DNA of 64,000 nt from Takakia lepidozioides (taxonomy: Eukaryota; Plantae; Bryophyta), in contig CM060732.1 of NCBI GenBank assembly GCA_030704615.1, positions 54,932,001 to 54,996,000 on the forward strand, read 5' to 3'. Made by a program: the position numbers and the translations under genes. Below, one piece after another: positions 1 through 11,814 of this stretch (position 1 is its first letter; every line of letters begins with the position of its first letter). The notes beneath the pieces are model-generated. The model worked only from the letters and a program-made list of their open reading frames with translations, did no database searches and was not told the origin of the DNA.

Positions 1-535
1 CAACGAGGTCGATACTCTTTTGCAGCGGGATACAACACATGGGTAGCATGAACTATGTAATGTGGTATGTGGATGACCATGATTTGAAATGTGTAATTCA
101 CATCAATTCGTCGGCTGTGCAATGATATGGCCTCCAACTATACGGAGTGAGGTCTGAGTGACAACTTTTAGGTAGTGCACATTTGTCATTGCACCGTTCG
201 AAGTCTACATGTCTTGCTGTCGCTATGCACTACAATCATCTTTTGAAGATGATCATAACTCTCATTGTTATTTGAGGAGGGAGGAAGTCTTCTCGTGGCA
301 GCCTTTATGGCGCACACTTTGTGAGGATATTTTGTCGTCTTCGTAATTGTAAAAGTGAAACAAACATTTGTAATTGCACAATGTTGGATGCTGCAATTGT
401 AGGCCTCAACGCTCGTCTTGATTCTATTTAGGCAAGATTCCCTGCATTAATTCCACGGTCATAGGACCATCCACGGTTATAGGCGGCGCATGTTAATGCT
501 GACGTGGCAGTTGACGGACAGTGCCACGTCATCAT

Positions 536-2801
536 TTACCGCCACATCAGCATGCTGACATGACGCTCACGCCACGTCAGCATGTGTGCAGGCTCACGCC
601 ACGTCAGCTGGCGTGAGCGTACGCTCGCGCGCTCACGTGCAACGCTCACGCCATTGCGTCGTTGGTGTTGTAGGAAGGAAGCTGCCATGCGCTCAAAGTC
701 CTCCTCAGTCAATCCGAACAAGTGCTTTCTTCGCACCCCAAAGGTTGGATGTGCCATAGGCATATGTCTGAGGTCTTCAGGCCGTGGGTCATCCATGAGA
801 ATCAGCTGCACAAGTAGAGGCGGCATATTTTGGACGATTGTGGCTTCAATGGCAACAACAGAGGCGGCTTCTAGAACATGGTTGGCTTCCTCAATAGAAA
901 ACTCCATGGAATAATGAAAGGGTACAAATGACCACCGGCGGTCCGCAACAATCCGGTGGAGCTCATTATGCCAATCCAAATGGGGATTAATTTCTCTCAC
1001 CCTAAGCCGGGGAAGTGTGAGGTCTTCAGCTCCGGGTCGAATTACCGGTGATGGCGATCGCCAAACTGCAAAAAGCGTCGTGCTATGTGAGAGAAAGACA
1101 GTCTGCTGGTCAGTCTGCTGGTCCGCAGTCTATTGGATGACAGGACTTCCCATTGGCATGGGCTGCATGATGGGCTCCTGGAGAGGAGTCTGCAGGATGA
1201 TAGGCTGCTCGTTGGGAGTATGCTCCGTTGGAGTCTGCTGGATGACAAGCTGCTAAACGGGAGTTTGCTGGATGACGGCCTGCTGAATGGGAGTCTGCTG
1301 GATGGCAGACTCGGCTGTCCCAGACGCATTCCCCCCCGATACGTCTTGAATATGTAATGCCGCTATAGCAGCAGTTGACCCAGGATACTTCAATAATATG
1401 TACTCTCGCACGCGGTCCACTTCCGCACGCACTGCAGTCGCTTGTAAAGGAGCATCATTGTTAGGTATCCGCTAAGCCTGAATGGCCCTATGAATAGAAA
1501 CACGTTCATCCTGGTACACGGCAGAGAACTTGGACGTCAGGAACATGGACGTGGACTCTATATTCACCTCATGCAGCGGACTGGACTCACAGACCAGCAG
1601 ACTGACAGACGTAACGTGCGTACGTAGGGTGGAGGCAACTAGTAGACTGTACCAGTGGACTGGACCAGCGAACTGACAAACGGACTCAGTAAGTAATGCA
1701 GCGATATAAAACAGACTAACTGACGAGCGGAGTGAGCCAGCGGACTGAGGAGAGAACGCAGCGGACTGACCAGACTGAATAGGCAATGTGACCCCGATGA
1801 TGGACTCAAACAGCACAGAGAACATACTGGGCGGTCAGACTGACCATTACCTCCTCTACTTCATCATCATCTTCTTCATCTTCAAAGCTGTTCAACCAGT
1901 TCTGTTCCGCCTATCGGATGAATGTGCGTAGCAGGCCTGACTGGGCAACTTTGTAGAAATAACGGAAGAAGTCTGGATCCCCAATTGGTGGGCACACTGG
2001 TGGGAAAAGCCCAAAGTCAACGAGGCGCAATGTGCCAGGGCACACTGACCCTTCAGTGCTCTGTTGAGTTTTTGGTTTTGACCCTAAACCGATGGCATGG
2101 GTCGCGATATTTGTGTGAGTCTGCTGCCGAGTCTGGTCAGGCAAGTCAATGTCCACTGGACTTGTCACCCCTTCCAAGCCCTGAGCAGATTCACTTTCAG
2201 TATCAGTACCGATGGTGTGGGTTTGCCGCCCAGGACGGGGTTCAGTCTGTTGCGTGGATTTTGCCCTTGCCTTGCGAGCAGACCTTGCAGCCTTCTCCTT
2301 TTTTTGCCTCTCCTTTTTTTGGGCCCCATCACTCAGTTTACATTTTCTGGCAGCGTCCGGCGTTCCCTGCACTTGCAAATCCTCCATTGACGGGCCACCA
2401 GAATGGACGCCATACCGTGCGCGCACTTCGTCTAATTCCAAAGTGCGGGGGTCAAGTACTGATCCGCGCAAGCGCATTGTGGCCTCTTTGACAATCGTCA
2501 GTATCGGCCAAGGCTTGAAATCCCGTGGAATCATTGCAACAGTCTCCTTGCAACCCGTGTCAACACAATGCCGATTTAGTTGGATTTTGTCCTTGATAAC
2601 CTCTTCACAGAAGGGACAGAAGAGCTTGTCCTTCTGCCAATTTGAGTTTTTGGGCTTCCGCGCGCGGAGGTCTACAAATGCTTCCACTATTTTATGATCA
2701 AACTCGTCTGGCGAGTACCAGTACCTTCGCTCCTTCTTCAGTCTGGTTTGGTGCACAAAATCCACCCAATCCGCTCCACCTTTTTCACAAGCATCCTCCA
2801 T
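536..2801 (-). pseudogene. Degenerate spliced gene of unknown function, probably TE-borne (Zn-finger-like motif, acidic tract, QQT repeats, unknown downstream domain)
   Basis: ORF 1911-2801 has CPFC-x12-HC and an acceptor (ttctgcag) just before the ATG. The stop at 1911 is TAG and the frame continues into EDEEDDDEVEE then a GT donor. The QQT-repeat frame at ~1040-1330 runs into ORF 536-1000. About 300 bp (665-968) is closely similar to 29970-30268. Confidence 0.5.
555..655. repeat. Short GCTCACGCCACGTCAGC repeats at the point where the TE gene is truncated
   Basis: Direct and inverted copies of gctcacgcc/gccacgtcagc; they resemble subterminal repeats of another element. Confidence 0.45.
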
Positions 2802-3429
2802 CGCTGCAGAATGAAACGAGGGTGCAAGGACAATGAGCGACAGATAGAAGTCCTATGAAAAGACTCACCCTAAGCAAGAAGAGAACACAGAATGGAATGG
2901 AAACACCGCAGCAAGTGAGAACCTCACCAAGCCGATGAACTTCGAGTTGTTACGAAAGCGAGCGTGTTTGCGACGCTTCGCGGCTCACCGCGACTCTCCA
3001 CACCTGGGGAAGAACGGCTGTCTTTCGTTACGGTGATGGAAACGCAAAGAGGAAAACAAAACAGTGCAAAACAGTGCGAAGAAACAGGCGTGAAGAGAAT
3101 GGAGTCGATCGCACAGGGAACATGAGAAGAAAGTAGAAGTAGAAGGGGGAAAGCGGGCATGGCACTGCCAACGTGGCGCGATTTCACAGGCGCCAACTAT
3201 CCGCCGTCATCGCATTGAATACGTCCACCGAACGAACGCATCGTACTAAATTCATCCACGGTCCTTGCAAGTGCAGCAGACTCATTTCCCATTGGGCCGA
3301 GAGTCCAGCGGACCACCAGTCCAGCGGACTATTCGCTTTGCTGAGGCAAAGCGGCTTCATATTGGAGGCACTTCCCTGCCAGCGGAATGAAGACAAAAGA
3401 GAGTAAGGGGAGAACAGGAAAGTCGAACA

Positions 3430-3780
3430 CACCCATTGCGAACAGACTCGCGGCACAACAGACTGATGCATGCACAGTCCAACAGACTGATATCCATAGA
3501 GGAGAACTGTCCAGCAGATGGACGTTTCGCCAGAGTGGCGGGAGAACAAGCCAAAAGACTGACCGGAGGGAAAATAAGAAGTCAAACAGACTTAGTGCAA
3601 CAGACTTCCGACACAACAGATTGACAAATTCACAAGTGCGACAGACTGATATCCCAACAGACGGACTTCCAGCAGACTGCCTCCAAACTGACTGTTATGC
3701 ACGCGATAAGGGGAATATCTGGAGCACTGACGGGCTAGCGGACCCACTGTGAACAGACTCGCGACACAACAGACCTCAAA
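3430..3780 (+). repeat. Degenerate CAGACT/GGACT motif array
   Basis: Many (a)cagact motifs at short spacing; similar arrays at 1575-1790 and 4620-4790. Confidence 0.6.
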
Positions 3781-4619
3781 CATCCACGCGCATTTGCAGA
3801 TGCAATTGTCTCATCCTGGTCCGTCTCCTGGCAAATGCGACAATGTACCGATTCTGCACCTACTCCCGTCGTGGCTCAGACATCTGCATTCAGTAGGTGC
3901 GTGTGGATGTTTGAGGACCTTACGACTGGATGGTGTTCCGTGACGACTCAAATTGCTTTTTTGTGCTGCCATCCCTTATATAATACCATGTGGATCCATC
4001 ACAAAGCTGGGTTTCTTCAGATTCTCCACCCTTTTCCACAACTTATGCACGACGGATGCAAGCCGCTATACTTGGTCACATAAACAGTCCCATCGTCTGA
4101 TACAAAATCTGCAATACACGCCCCCATGTGCATACGCTTCCGCCATTTTCGCGCCCATGTTACCCATGGGTTCTTTTAACGAACTAAACTTGTGAAGGCT
4201 CTCATGAGGGATGCAGTACGAAGGGGCTAAACGTATCATGACGGATCACAAGCAGATGACGTTATCGATGACAGATGTCCGCATTTTCCATATTTATGAC
4301 ATAGAACCAAACCATAAAACAAAGGTTCCCGAAAGCACAACAAGAAGGCAAAAATAGTGGAAGCATATGCACGATGGTGGCTGTAGTGCCGAGACAGTCC
4401 TCTCATGTTCAAGCACACGCTTCATCATCATCATGAACATCGCGCGCAAAAGAGGAACAGTCGCGTGCATGGAAACGCCTACCGCAACATCAGACAACAA
4501 ACAGCCGTCAAAAGAGAGCGGTCGGGATTTGGTGGGAAGATCATTGCAATTTTCGCAGCCCTAAAAATGGAGGGCTCGGATGGGTTATGGGAATGGACGG
4601 TGGCGATCCTGCGCCGTCA

Positions 4620-4790
4620 GCGGACTGGATGGCAGGGGACTGGCCAGCGGACTGGCGGGCAGACTGGCGGACTGGCAGACTGCTGGGCAGCAGACTGGCC
4701 AGCAGCGGACTGGCAGACTGGAGGGCAGCGGACTCATGGGCGGGGGACTGGCAGACTGGAGGACAGCGGACTCATGGGCGGGGGACTAGC
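4620..4790 (+). repeat. GC-rich GGACTGGC/CAGACTGG tandem array
   Basis: Repeated ggactggc/cagactgg units, including a duplicated gcggactcatgggcgggggact, followed by a CpG-rich tract to ~4920. Confidence 0.7.
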
Positions 4791-5818
4791 CGCGCGGCGG
4801 ACGGGGGCGCGGGCGCGGTTGCTGTAGCCGCGCCCGCGGCTGGGCGACCGCGAGCACGGGCGGGCGGGTGGGGTGCTGGGGAGCCGGGCGTCCGTGCGCG
4901 GGGCCCACCGGCCACATCGCACGTGCCCATTGAAGACCCTATTATCTTAAAATGAGAGGCAAACATAACTCTCTCTCCCCCTCTTCTCCATATTACATTT
5001 TCGGATCATTATGCTAGGCCCTTTCTCGGCCGTACTCATAGTCGACTTCAGATGCTCGGACATGCATCAGGTCTGCCACCGTTCATAGGCTTGAGGCAGC
5101 CAGCCGGAGGGCAGCATTAAGGATTGCGTCTGCCACCCTCTCAGTGGCCTGCAAGTCCTAATCAAACATATTATGTTTCGCAATGTGCTAGTGGCCATAG
5201 GCCTAGAATTCTGCTTTTTAATCCTCCTCTGAATCGCATAAATCCTTAACAAAACTATATTATAACAATAAATAAATAAATAACTCGCTTAGCCTTTTAG
5301 TCCTTGGCCTTATTTTTCCTAGATGATGGATGGGCCGCATCCGCTCCTGTTTTCTGCCTCCTCATAGTTTAGTGCTTGCTCTCCGTTCTCTTCCTTTGTT
5401 ACTGTTCTACATTTTTGGTTACCAGGTGGCAACTCTTTTATACACTCTATGGCTGGCTTGTAAAAGGGTTATTTTTTCCCATCCATCTCTTTAATTTGAT
5501 TAAAAGGGCCACTGTCCCCTTTATTGGCCTTGCCTTCCTAAGGCATGACTAGGCAAAGGGTTTTGATGCAAGTTAGCACCGATACTTGCGATTAAGTTTC
5601 GAATTAGATTCAGATAGGTGTAATCGGAATATTTCATCCATATCTATGAATGAATGAAATCCTTGGATGAATAATTTTATGGAGGCTTGAATATGTCTAC
5701 CAGCCATCCCAGCCCGATCTTCTCTCCCCAAGGAGAACAATGACTTGTATTTCCTCCTATCCTATTTCATGCTCAGCTCGTTGAAATTTCTGAATCTCAT
5801 AATGGAAGACTTCACCAA

Positions 5819-5893
5819 CAATTAGTAGCTCAGTTGGTTAGTGCACTGAGTGCCACCCGGATGATTCTAGTAGGGTCAAATCCTGCTACTTGA
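5819..5893 (+). mobile_element. tRNA-derived pseudogene or SINE head
   Basis: A box TAGCTCAGTTGGTTAG and B-box-like T arm GTAGG-GTCAAAT-CCTGC; acceptor and anticodon stems are degenerate. Confidence 0.55.
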
Positions 5894-7854
5894 CGGATGT
5901 GGTATACTCCCCCTTCCATTGGGCAGTGTCCCATTTCTATGCCTTCATGGCGAGGTTATTGTGAAAGAGGTTTGTAGTGTGAATATGTGGTAACTGTTTG
6001 CAGCTGTGCTTTTTGGCTCTATCTTTTGATGAATGTACATCTAGATGAATGTCCGTTTGGATGTAGTTTTGGAGTATTGGATGAAGACGTTCATCCGATT
6101 TCATCCGCCTTGCCCTAAATTGGCGGATTATGGAGTGCGGCGTGCTGAGTGAAGCACCGAGGGTGGTGCACAACGAGCTGCTGACACTCAGTATTTCGGA
6201 GCAGACATAGGCCTGCAAGCTTTAGCTTTCGGCTGCTAGTTACTTCTCTGCTCCTTGTCGCTTAGTTAATATCCTGCAATGGAGGCGTATGCAGCTTTCT
6301 AGCTTGGTATTGATGTACTTGTCGGCATTGGGAGTAGCAGGTGTAGTAATTCCACAGGCAAGTGGAGTAGGGGACGTAAGGGAGAATTCGGCATCTATGT
6401 GGTGGCTTCTCGGTTTTTGGAGATAGAGTGTGTGGCTAGAGGTGGTGAACTCATAGAATTCTGGAGATGGAGTGAGTGAGAGGTAGTTGGTGGTGAAGTT
6501 GTTGTGTTGAGGCAGCAATGCTTTAAGATGAGCACTTATTCATAGATTTTGGGGAGGTGATTTGGAGCTGATGAATGACTAAGAGACCACGCATTTCTGG
6601 TTGCTACCCTGTCTAAAGTCCATTTGGGTACTAACTCGCATCATGCACTAATAGTACTGATTTTCCAGTAAGTGCATTGGTCTTGGTGTTTGTTTATCAT
6701 GCCAACCTTCTAGGGTAAACTGACTGCTAGCTGAGTGGGTAGTTTAGTTGGTTGGGAATTCATGATTAAAGGGTTGCATTGATGGATAGAGCACACTGAT
6801 TTACTAGGCTGCATTGAGGGTTTATCCTTGGCACATTCATGAGAGGCTAGGATGCATGCATGAGTCCAGTGTTGTTTACTTGATTCTTGTGATGCAACAT
6901 TCAGCATAGCTCTGGCTCGACAGTTGCAGTGTATGGATTCCGCCCTTGGCATTTGAGAGGTAAAATGAGAGATAAAGCCGGATGGGCATTCGTGTAGTTC
7001 GGATCTACTATTTATGAAGGGAGATTGTAAAAAACCAGTAAGTGACTTCTTCCCATGGGCGATGCCCCCCCCCCCGAGTACGATTGTGAAGGTGCAGATG
7101 GACCTCAATCTTCATGCGTAATCACATGTCATACCACGGGTTTTTGAAACTAGTTGAACACCCGCCTATGTCTTCCCTTTTGCTGCGGCGTGGGTGGGGA
7201 TGTATAACTACTCTGATAATCTAGTGTTAACCCTTAAGCGCCCATTCGACCCGTTTTCGGCCGTTGGTTTTGGTTTTTCCCCTCTGTTTTTCTCGGATTT
7301 GAACCGATTAACCTGATTTTTGGAGGGTAGGATGCCAGCCACATGGCAGTCAGGATTCCAATGCGCGATTAGGTTTTTTTTTGGGTTAGGGTTGCAATTT
7401 TTGGCTGCGCAGGAGGTGGGGTCTGCTTCTGCAGCAATTTTGGCTTGCTCCCACGTTTTCAGCGTCGTCTCTCTCCTTCCCGCGCTTTGCCTTGTGCTGT
7501 GATCTCGTCTGTTGTGGCGTTCGCGCGTGTTCCATACTTTGTTGCAGGTTGCCGTTGCAGATGCCTTGACAGGTTGTCGTTGGTGGTCTGCTCCGATTGC
7601 ATCTTCCATTATCTCTTTCTCTTTCAGTTGAGGAAACTTGGAAATTGTGCATCGCTATAGAGACTGAGCCATAGCTGTGAGAGAGGATGGGCCGGCTTTG
7701 CATTGATACTCAGGGTGCGCATTCAAGGCAATGTTCATTGTTTGATACCTGAGCTAGACTATGCGCAGGTAGGGCATCGTGTAGCTCATCTTTGTGTTTA
7801 TCCTTGTGTGCATATGCAAATTGGTGGATGAATGTTGAAGCTACATAGTATAAG

Positions 7855-8238
7855 ATGGGTTTGGGTGTGTTGCCTCCCCCTACACCTGCGCATTTGGAGA
7901 CTCAAGCTGCATCGATTGCCAAGTGGGCACGCTCACTGGGCGCATCAACCGAGCAAGTCGAGCGGATTGTCGGGTGTCTGAATGAGGACTACCTCTTGTG
8001 TTTGAAGAGACCTGCTCGTGTGCGTTGGCCTGGATTTCCACAGCCCTCCAACTTTCGTTACTTGTTTAGGCGCCATTGTGCAGAGATTTTGGGTTGGGTA
8101 GATCGCAAGGAGGAAGGAGACCCCCTTGGGTTCAGCGCAGAGGTCAACGACATTTTGAGGCTCGAGGTTTGGCCTGACTTCCAGACGTCTTCTGCCAGCC
8201 ACGATGAGGCTCAAACAACTGGCCAGGGAGAGAGGTAA
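7855..8238 (+). CDS. piggyBac upstream ORF1 (127 aa), probably coding exon 1 of the transposase
   Basis: Clear homolog at 12418-12804 (GCLNEDYL, NFRY, WVDRKEEGDP, VWPDF); both end in AG|GTAA. Confidence 0.75.
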   Translation: MGLGVLPPPTPAHLETQAASIAKWARSLGASTEQVERIVGCLNEDYLLCLKRPARVRWPGFPQPSNFRYLFRRHCAEILGWVDRKEEGDPLGFSAEVNDILRLEVWPDFQTSSASHDEAQTTGQGER

Positions 8239-8304
8239 TCGTATTGAACCCTCTTTTGATTTCATGAGTGAGGAGATGGGCAATTCGACCTACTCCTTGT
8301 GCAA

Positions 8305-10316
8305 CTCTCAAAATCCGCTATGTGATCCTGCTGGTCACTCCCAAACTATGGAGGACATAGGGATTTTGGGATCCACAGTGAAGGTGGCAGTGGCTGAACT
8401 GCACCTTCAGGATGTGGCATCGTCTAGCAATGCCCACGAATTTGGATATGGCACTGTGGTAGACAAGACATGGGACATCCTGAATGGTACAAAAAATTAT
8501 ACTGTCTCTTTTTTTGGTGTCCTTGGTGTTCATGTGGTATCGTCACAGTCCTGTGTTGTGTGTAATCTTGATGATTCAATGTTGTGCACTATCCCTGAGC
8601 TCTTGGGGTTGGATTCTGAAGCTGAATTGCCTGAGGGGGAAGTAGATGATAGTGAATCAGATTCTGATTGTGACTATAATCCAGAAGATGATGACCTTGT
8701 TGACATCGACAATCCTGACTTGATGGACTACTGTGTTGACACGGGGAATCCAACGCGTGAGGTGGGATTATATGATTTGCCGCCCAATTGGGAGTAGTGG
8801 GGTCCTGCTGAGTTGTTTGGTGATGACATGTAGAACTCCTCTGCTACTGAATTGCCAGACATTACATGGTTAGGTGGGGATTCGGGTCCTCGTTTGCCTT
8901 TTGGAGATTCAGCAAATCCAGTTGATTTTTTCAATTTGTTTTGGCCACTATCGGTCATGCGCCGAATTTGCAGCATGACCAACTTGTATGCCAGGACAGA
9001 AAACCAGAATGGAAACCTGAAAGGAGGTAGATGGTGGTACCCTATCACCATCCGTGAATTGAAGGCTTGGCTTGCTGTTCACATGCTCATGGGAATCAAA
9101 AAATTGCCTAGTACTAGATTGTATTGGAAAGCCAACAATGCCTTCTTCAATTGCCCTTCCATCATGCGCATTATGTCCCGCAACCGATGGGAGGCAATTA
9201 TGAGGTGCCTCCACCTTGTTGACAACAAGGATGTATGCACTATTGACACTGACCCTGCTTTTGATAAGTTAGCTAAAACCAGGTGGTTGCTACATGCACT
9301 AAATGGTTTGTATGCCACCTACATGAGCCCCGAGCAGAATTTGACTGTGGATGAGCAAATGGTGAAATACAAGGGCAAATATGCCTGAATCCAGCAATAC
9401 CTGAGCAAGAAGCCTGTGCAGTGGGGTCTGAAGGTGTGGTGTTTGTGTGGTGCATGTTCCAAATATGTTCAGAAGTTAGAGGTTTACCTTGGGAAGGATG
9501 ATGGGAATGATATGACCCATGGTAGTGGATATGGCGTGGTGACAAGGTTACTAGAAGGATTTGAGGGTAAGGGCCATATTGTAATGATGGATAATTTTTT
9601 CAGTAGCCCCATCATGTTCTATGATTTGGCAGCAAAACAGATCTATGCTACTGGCACGGTAAAAACCTCCCGAGTGGGTTTTCCTACGTGCCTTGATTTG
9701 GGGAAGAAGGGTGAGAGAGGTAGGCTGGAATATCGTGTTCACATAAGTGGCAAAGTAGCCGCTATTGCCTGGATGGATGCCAAGTTGGTGACCATGATTT
9801 CCACTGCCATTTCCCCTGTCGGTCCTGATTGCTTCATACAAAGATGGCACAAAGGGGCAAGACGTGATGTGCCTACCTCCCCTATTGTGGTTCATTACCA
9901 GCAGCATATGCAGGGAGTGGATGTTCAGGATCAGCTACGGGGTTACTACTCTGTTCAGACCAGGGACCATAAATGGTGGCACCGCTTGTACTTTCATGGA
10001 GTTGACACTTCTTTGGTGAATGCTTACATATTGTACCTGTGTTTTATGAGGGGAAAGGGCCACATTTCTCTTAGCCACATGCTTTTCAATTTGGAGGTTG
10101 CAAAGGGACTAAATTGTGGGGTGGGTTCCTCCCATGAGAACAGTAATGCCAGGGGCAGATGTGCCCAACCCGGGGTCTGTGCATTTCTCCCTCAAGACTA
10201 GTAGGAGGAGGAAGTGTGTTCAGTGCGGTATGCGTCAAAGGTATTTTTGTCACGCGTGTGGAGATGTGTATATGTGCCTTGGAGGATGCTTTGTCAAGAG
10301 CCATAGCCTTCTCTGA
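8305..10316 (+). pseudogene. piggyBac DDD transposase with C-terminal Cys-rich domain
   Basis: ORFs 8204-8797, 8852-9388 and 9416-10201 share one frame, broken by TAG 8795, TAG 8831 and TGA 9386. Motifs LTVDEQM, MMDNFFSS, MQGVDVQDQ, KWWHRLY. A frameshift near 10115 leads to CVQC..CHAC..C..C..H. Confidence 0.93.
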
Positions 10317-10735
10317 TTATAGATACTTCTATGTTCAGTAATTGATATGGTTGATTTCTTACTGCACTGATGTGGAGACCTTTGATGCCAAAGAGGGGGT
10401 ATCCTCCTTACGACATTTTTTCTATGTAGTGGTGTTCTGTCTTTTTCTAAGCAGTGGTGTGTTTGGGGGTTGGTTTGTTGTTGGTAGCCATGAAACGTTT
10501 GTACTGAGGATCCAGCCGTAGAGAGTCGCTTGACAGTCCAAGGAGAGGTTGTGCAGTATTGGGGTTCACTGAGTCCTGATCTGAATGATTTGTTTGCTAC
10601 TCCAGCTTTTTGCCTTAGTGTTCATGTAGCTCCGAGGTCTTTGCTGCAACAATTTTGTGTTTCAATTAGGACTGAGTCCATTTTCTTTGTGTCTAGTATA
10701 ATTATGTGGTAGTCCCCCAGTCAAGCGGGGGTGCG

Positions 10736-10975
10736 CATAAGGGTGGAGACTCCTTCCCTCCCTGGGGAGGAGTCTCCCCCTTGTGTTCATGTGTGAGTTG
10801 CCAATTGGGGCAAGTTAGTGGGTTCAACTCCCACTCACACAATTCGGCGTGTAAATGTGGGTTCATCTCTAGTTTTTCTGAGTCTGATTTGATGCTAGTG
10901 TTGGCCACATGTTGGTCTTTCTTTGTGTGAGCTGCCAGTTGGGGCAGGCCACTGGGTTTAATTCCCACTCACACA
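10736..10975 (+). ncRNA. Putative structured RNA: long hairpin plus two anticodon-less tRNA-like elements
   Basis: Stem of ~22 bp at 10736-10785. tRNA-like folds at 10790-10841 and 10924-10975, each with a 7-bp acceptor stem, a D-like arm and a T arm. Confidence 0.5.
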
Positions 10976-11684
10976 TTTTGACCCCCCTTACTTTGACCAG
11001 GTGTAAATCAGAAAATATGAATCCATTTTTTGCATTCTATGGCTCATCAGAATGCCAATGTGCTGGACAACACCTGTAAGCAGGATGAGATCCTGCAGAT
11101 TTCATCCCGTCAGTGAAAATTGCAAATTCCTCCAATTTCCCTTATTGTCTTGGGAGGGGCCCAAAAAATGGGCCCCACACTCAACGGTGGCGTTTCTCGG
11201 ATTTTCGCCTGATTGGCCTGCAAATTTACCGGTGTCTGGAAGGGGTAGGTATGAGCATAATGTCTGGTCAATTTTCCCAAAAACTTTTTTTTCGCTGAGA
11301 TATTCTCATTTTTCTGAGCTGGGGTCCACTTTTTTCAAAAAGTCAACATTGGGCACTGGGCGCTTAAGGGTTAATGTCCAAGGTTTATGTTATAGCCCCT
11401 TTCTTTCACACCAGAGGTTATTTTCTCCCCTCACTATTTAAGGGGCCTGATTTCTGAGCTGTCGTTCCCAGGTGTTTTCTATTTATTAGAATAAAATTAA
11501 TAATAATAATAACTTATGTGAGGACAGTTGAATCTCCCACAATTCTCATAGTAAAAAGGGCCGGAAAAGAAATGAAAAGAACAAAGAAAATAAATAAAAG
11601 TTAAGTTTATTTAATATCCAGTGTATTAGATAGCCTACTGCTCAACACACAGCCCATCAAGGGGCCAATGGATGGTTAAACGCA

Positions 11685-11770
11685 CATGCTGAAGGATTGA
11701 ACCCAGGATCACCCAGGTTATGCATAGGCAAGGCACAAATACCCAACCACTAGGCTACCTGCTCAAGAGG
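11685..11770 (-). mobile_element. tRNA-derived SINE head
   Basis: Minus strand has A box GGTAGCCTAGTGGTT and B box GGGTTCAATCC, with an AT-rich tract downstream. Related B-box fragments at 31340-31410. Confidence 0.55.
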
Positions 11771-11814
11771 AATAAAGAATGAATGTACTGTTTTTGGGGC
11801 AATTTCTGCATTAA

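Larger units (their letters stand above)
7231..11370 (+). mobile_element. piggyBac DNA transposon with both ends, inactivated
   Basis: TTAA at 7227-7230 and 11371-11374; perfect 14-bp TIR CCCTTAAGCGCCCA; internal piggyBac-type transposase. Confidence 0.95.

Noticed and set aside
5819-5893. Functional tRNA gene
   Set aside because: Acceptor and anticodon stems do not pair properly.
5937-7108. Several minus-strand ORFs, possibly decayed TE
   Set aside because: No motif or terminus I can identify.
9386-9388. In-frame stops as U-to-C editing or readthrough sites
   Set aside because: Plant U-to-C editing is organellar; deamination of methylated CG/CHG is simpler, and a frameshift is also present.
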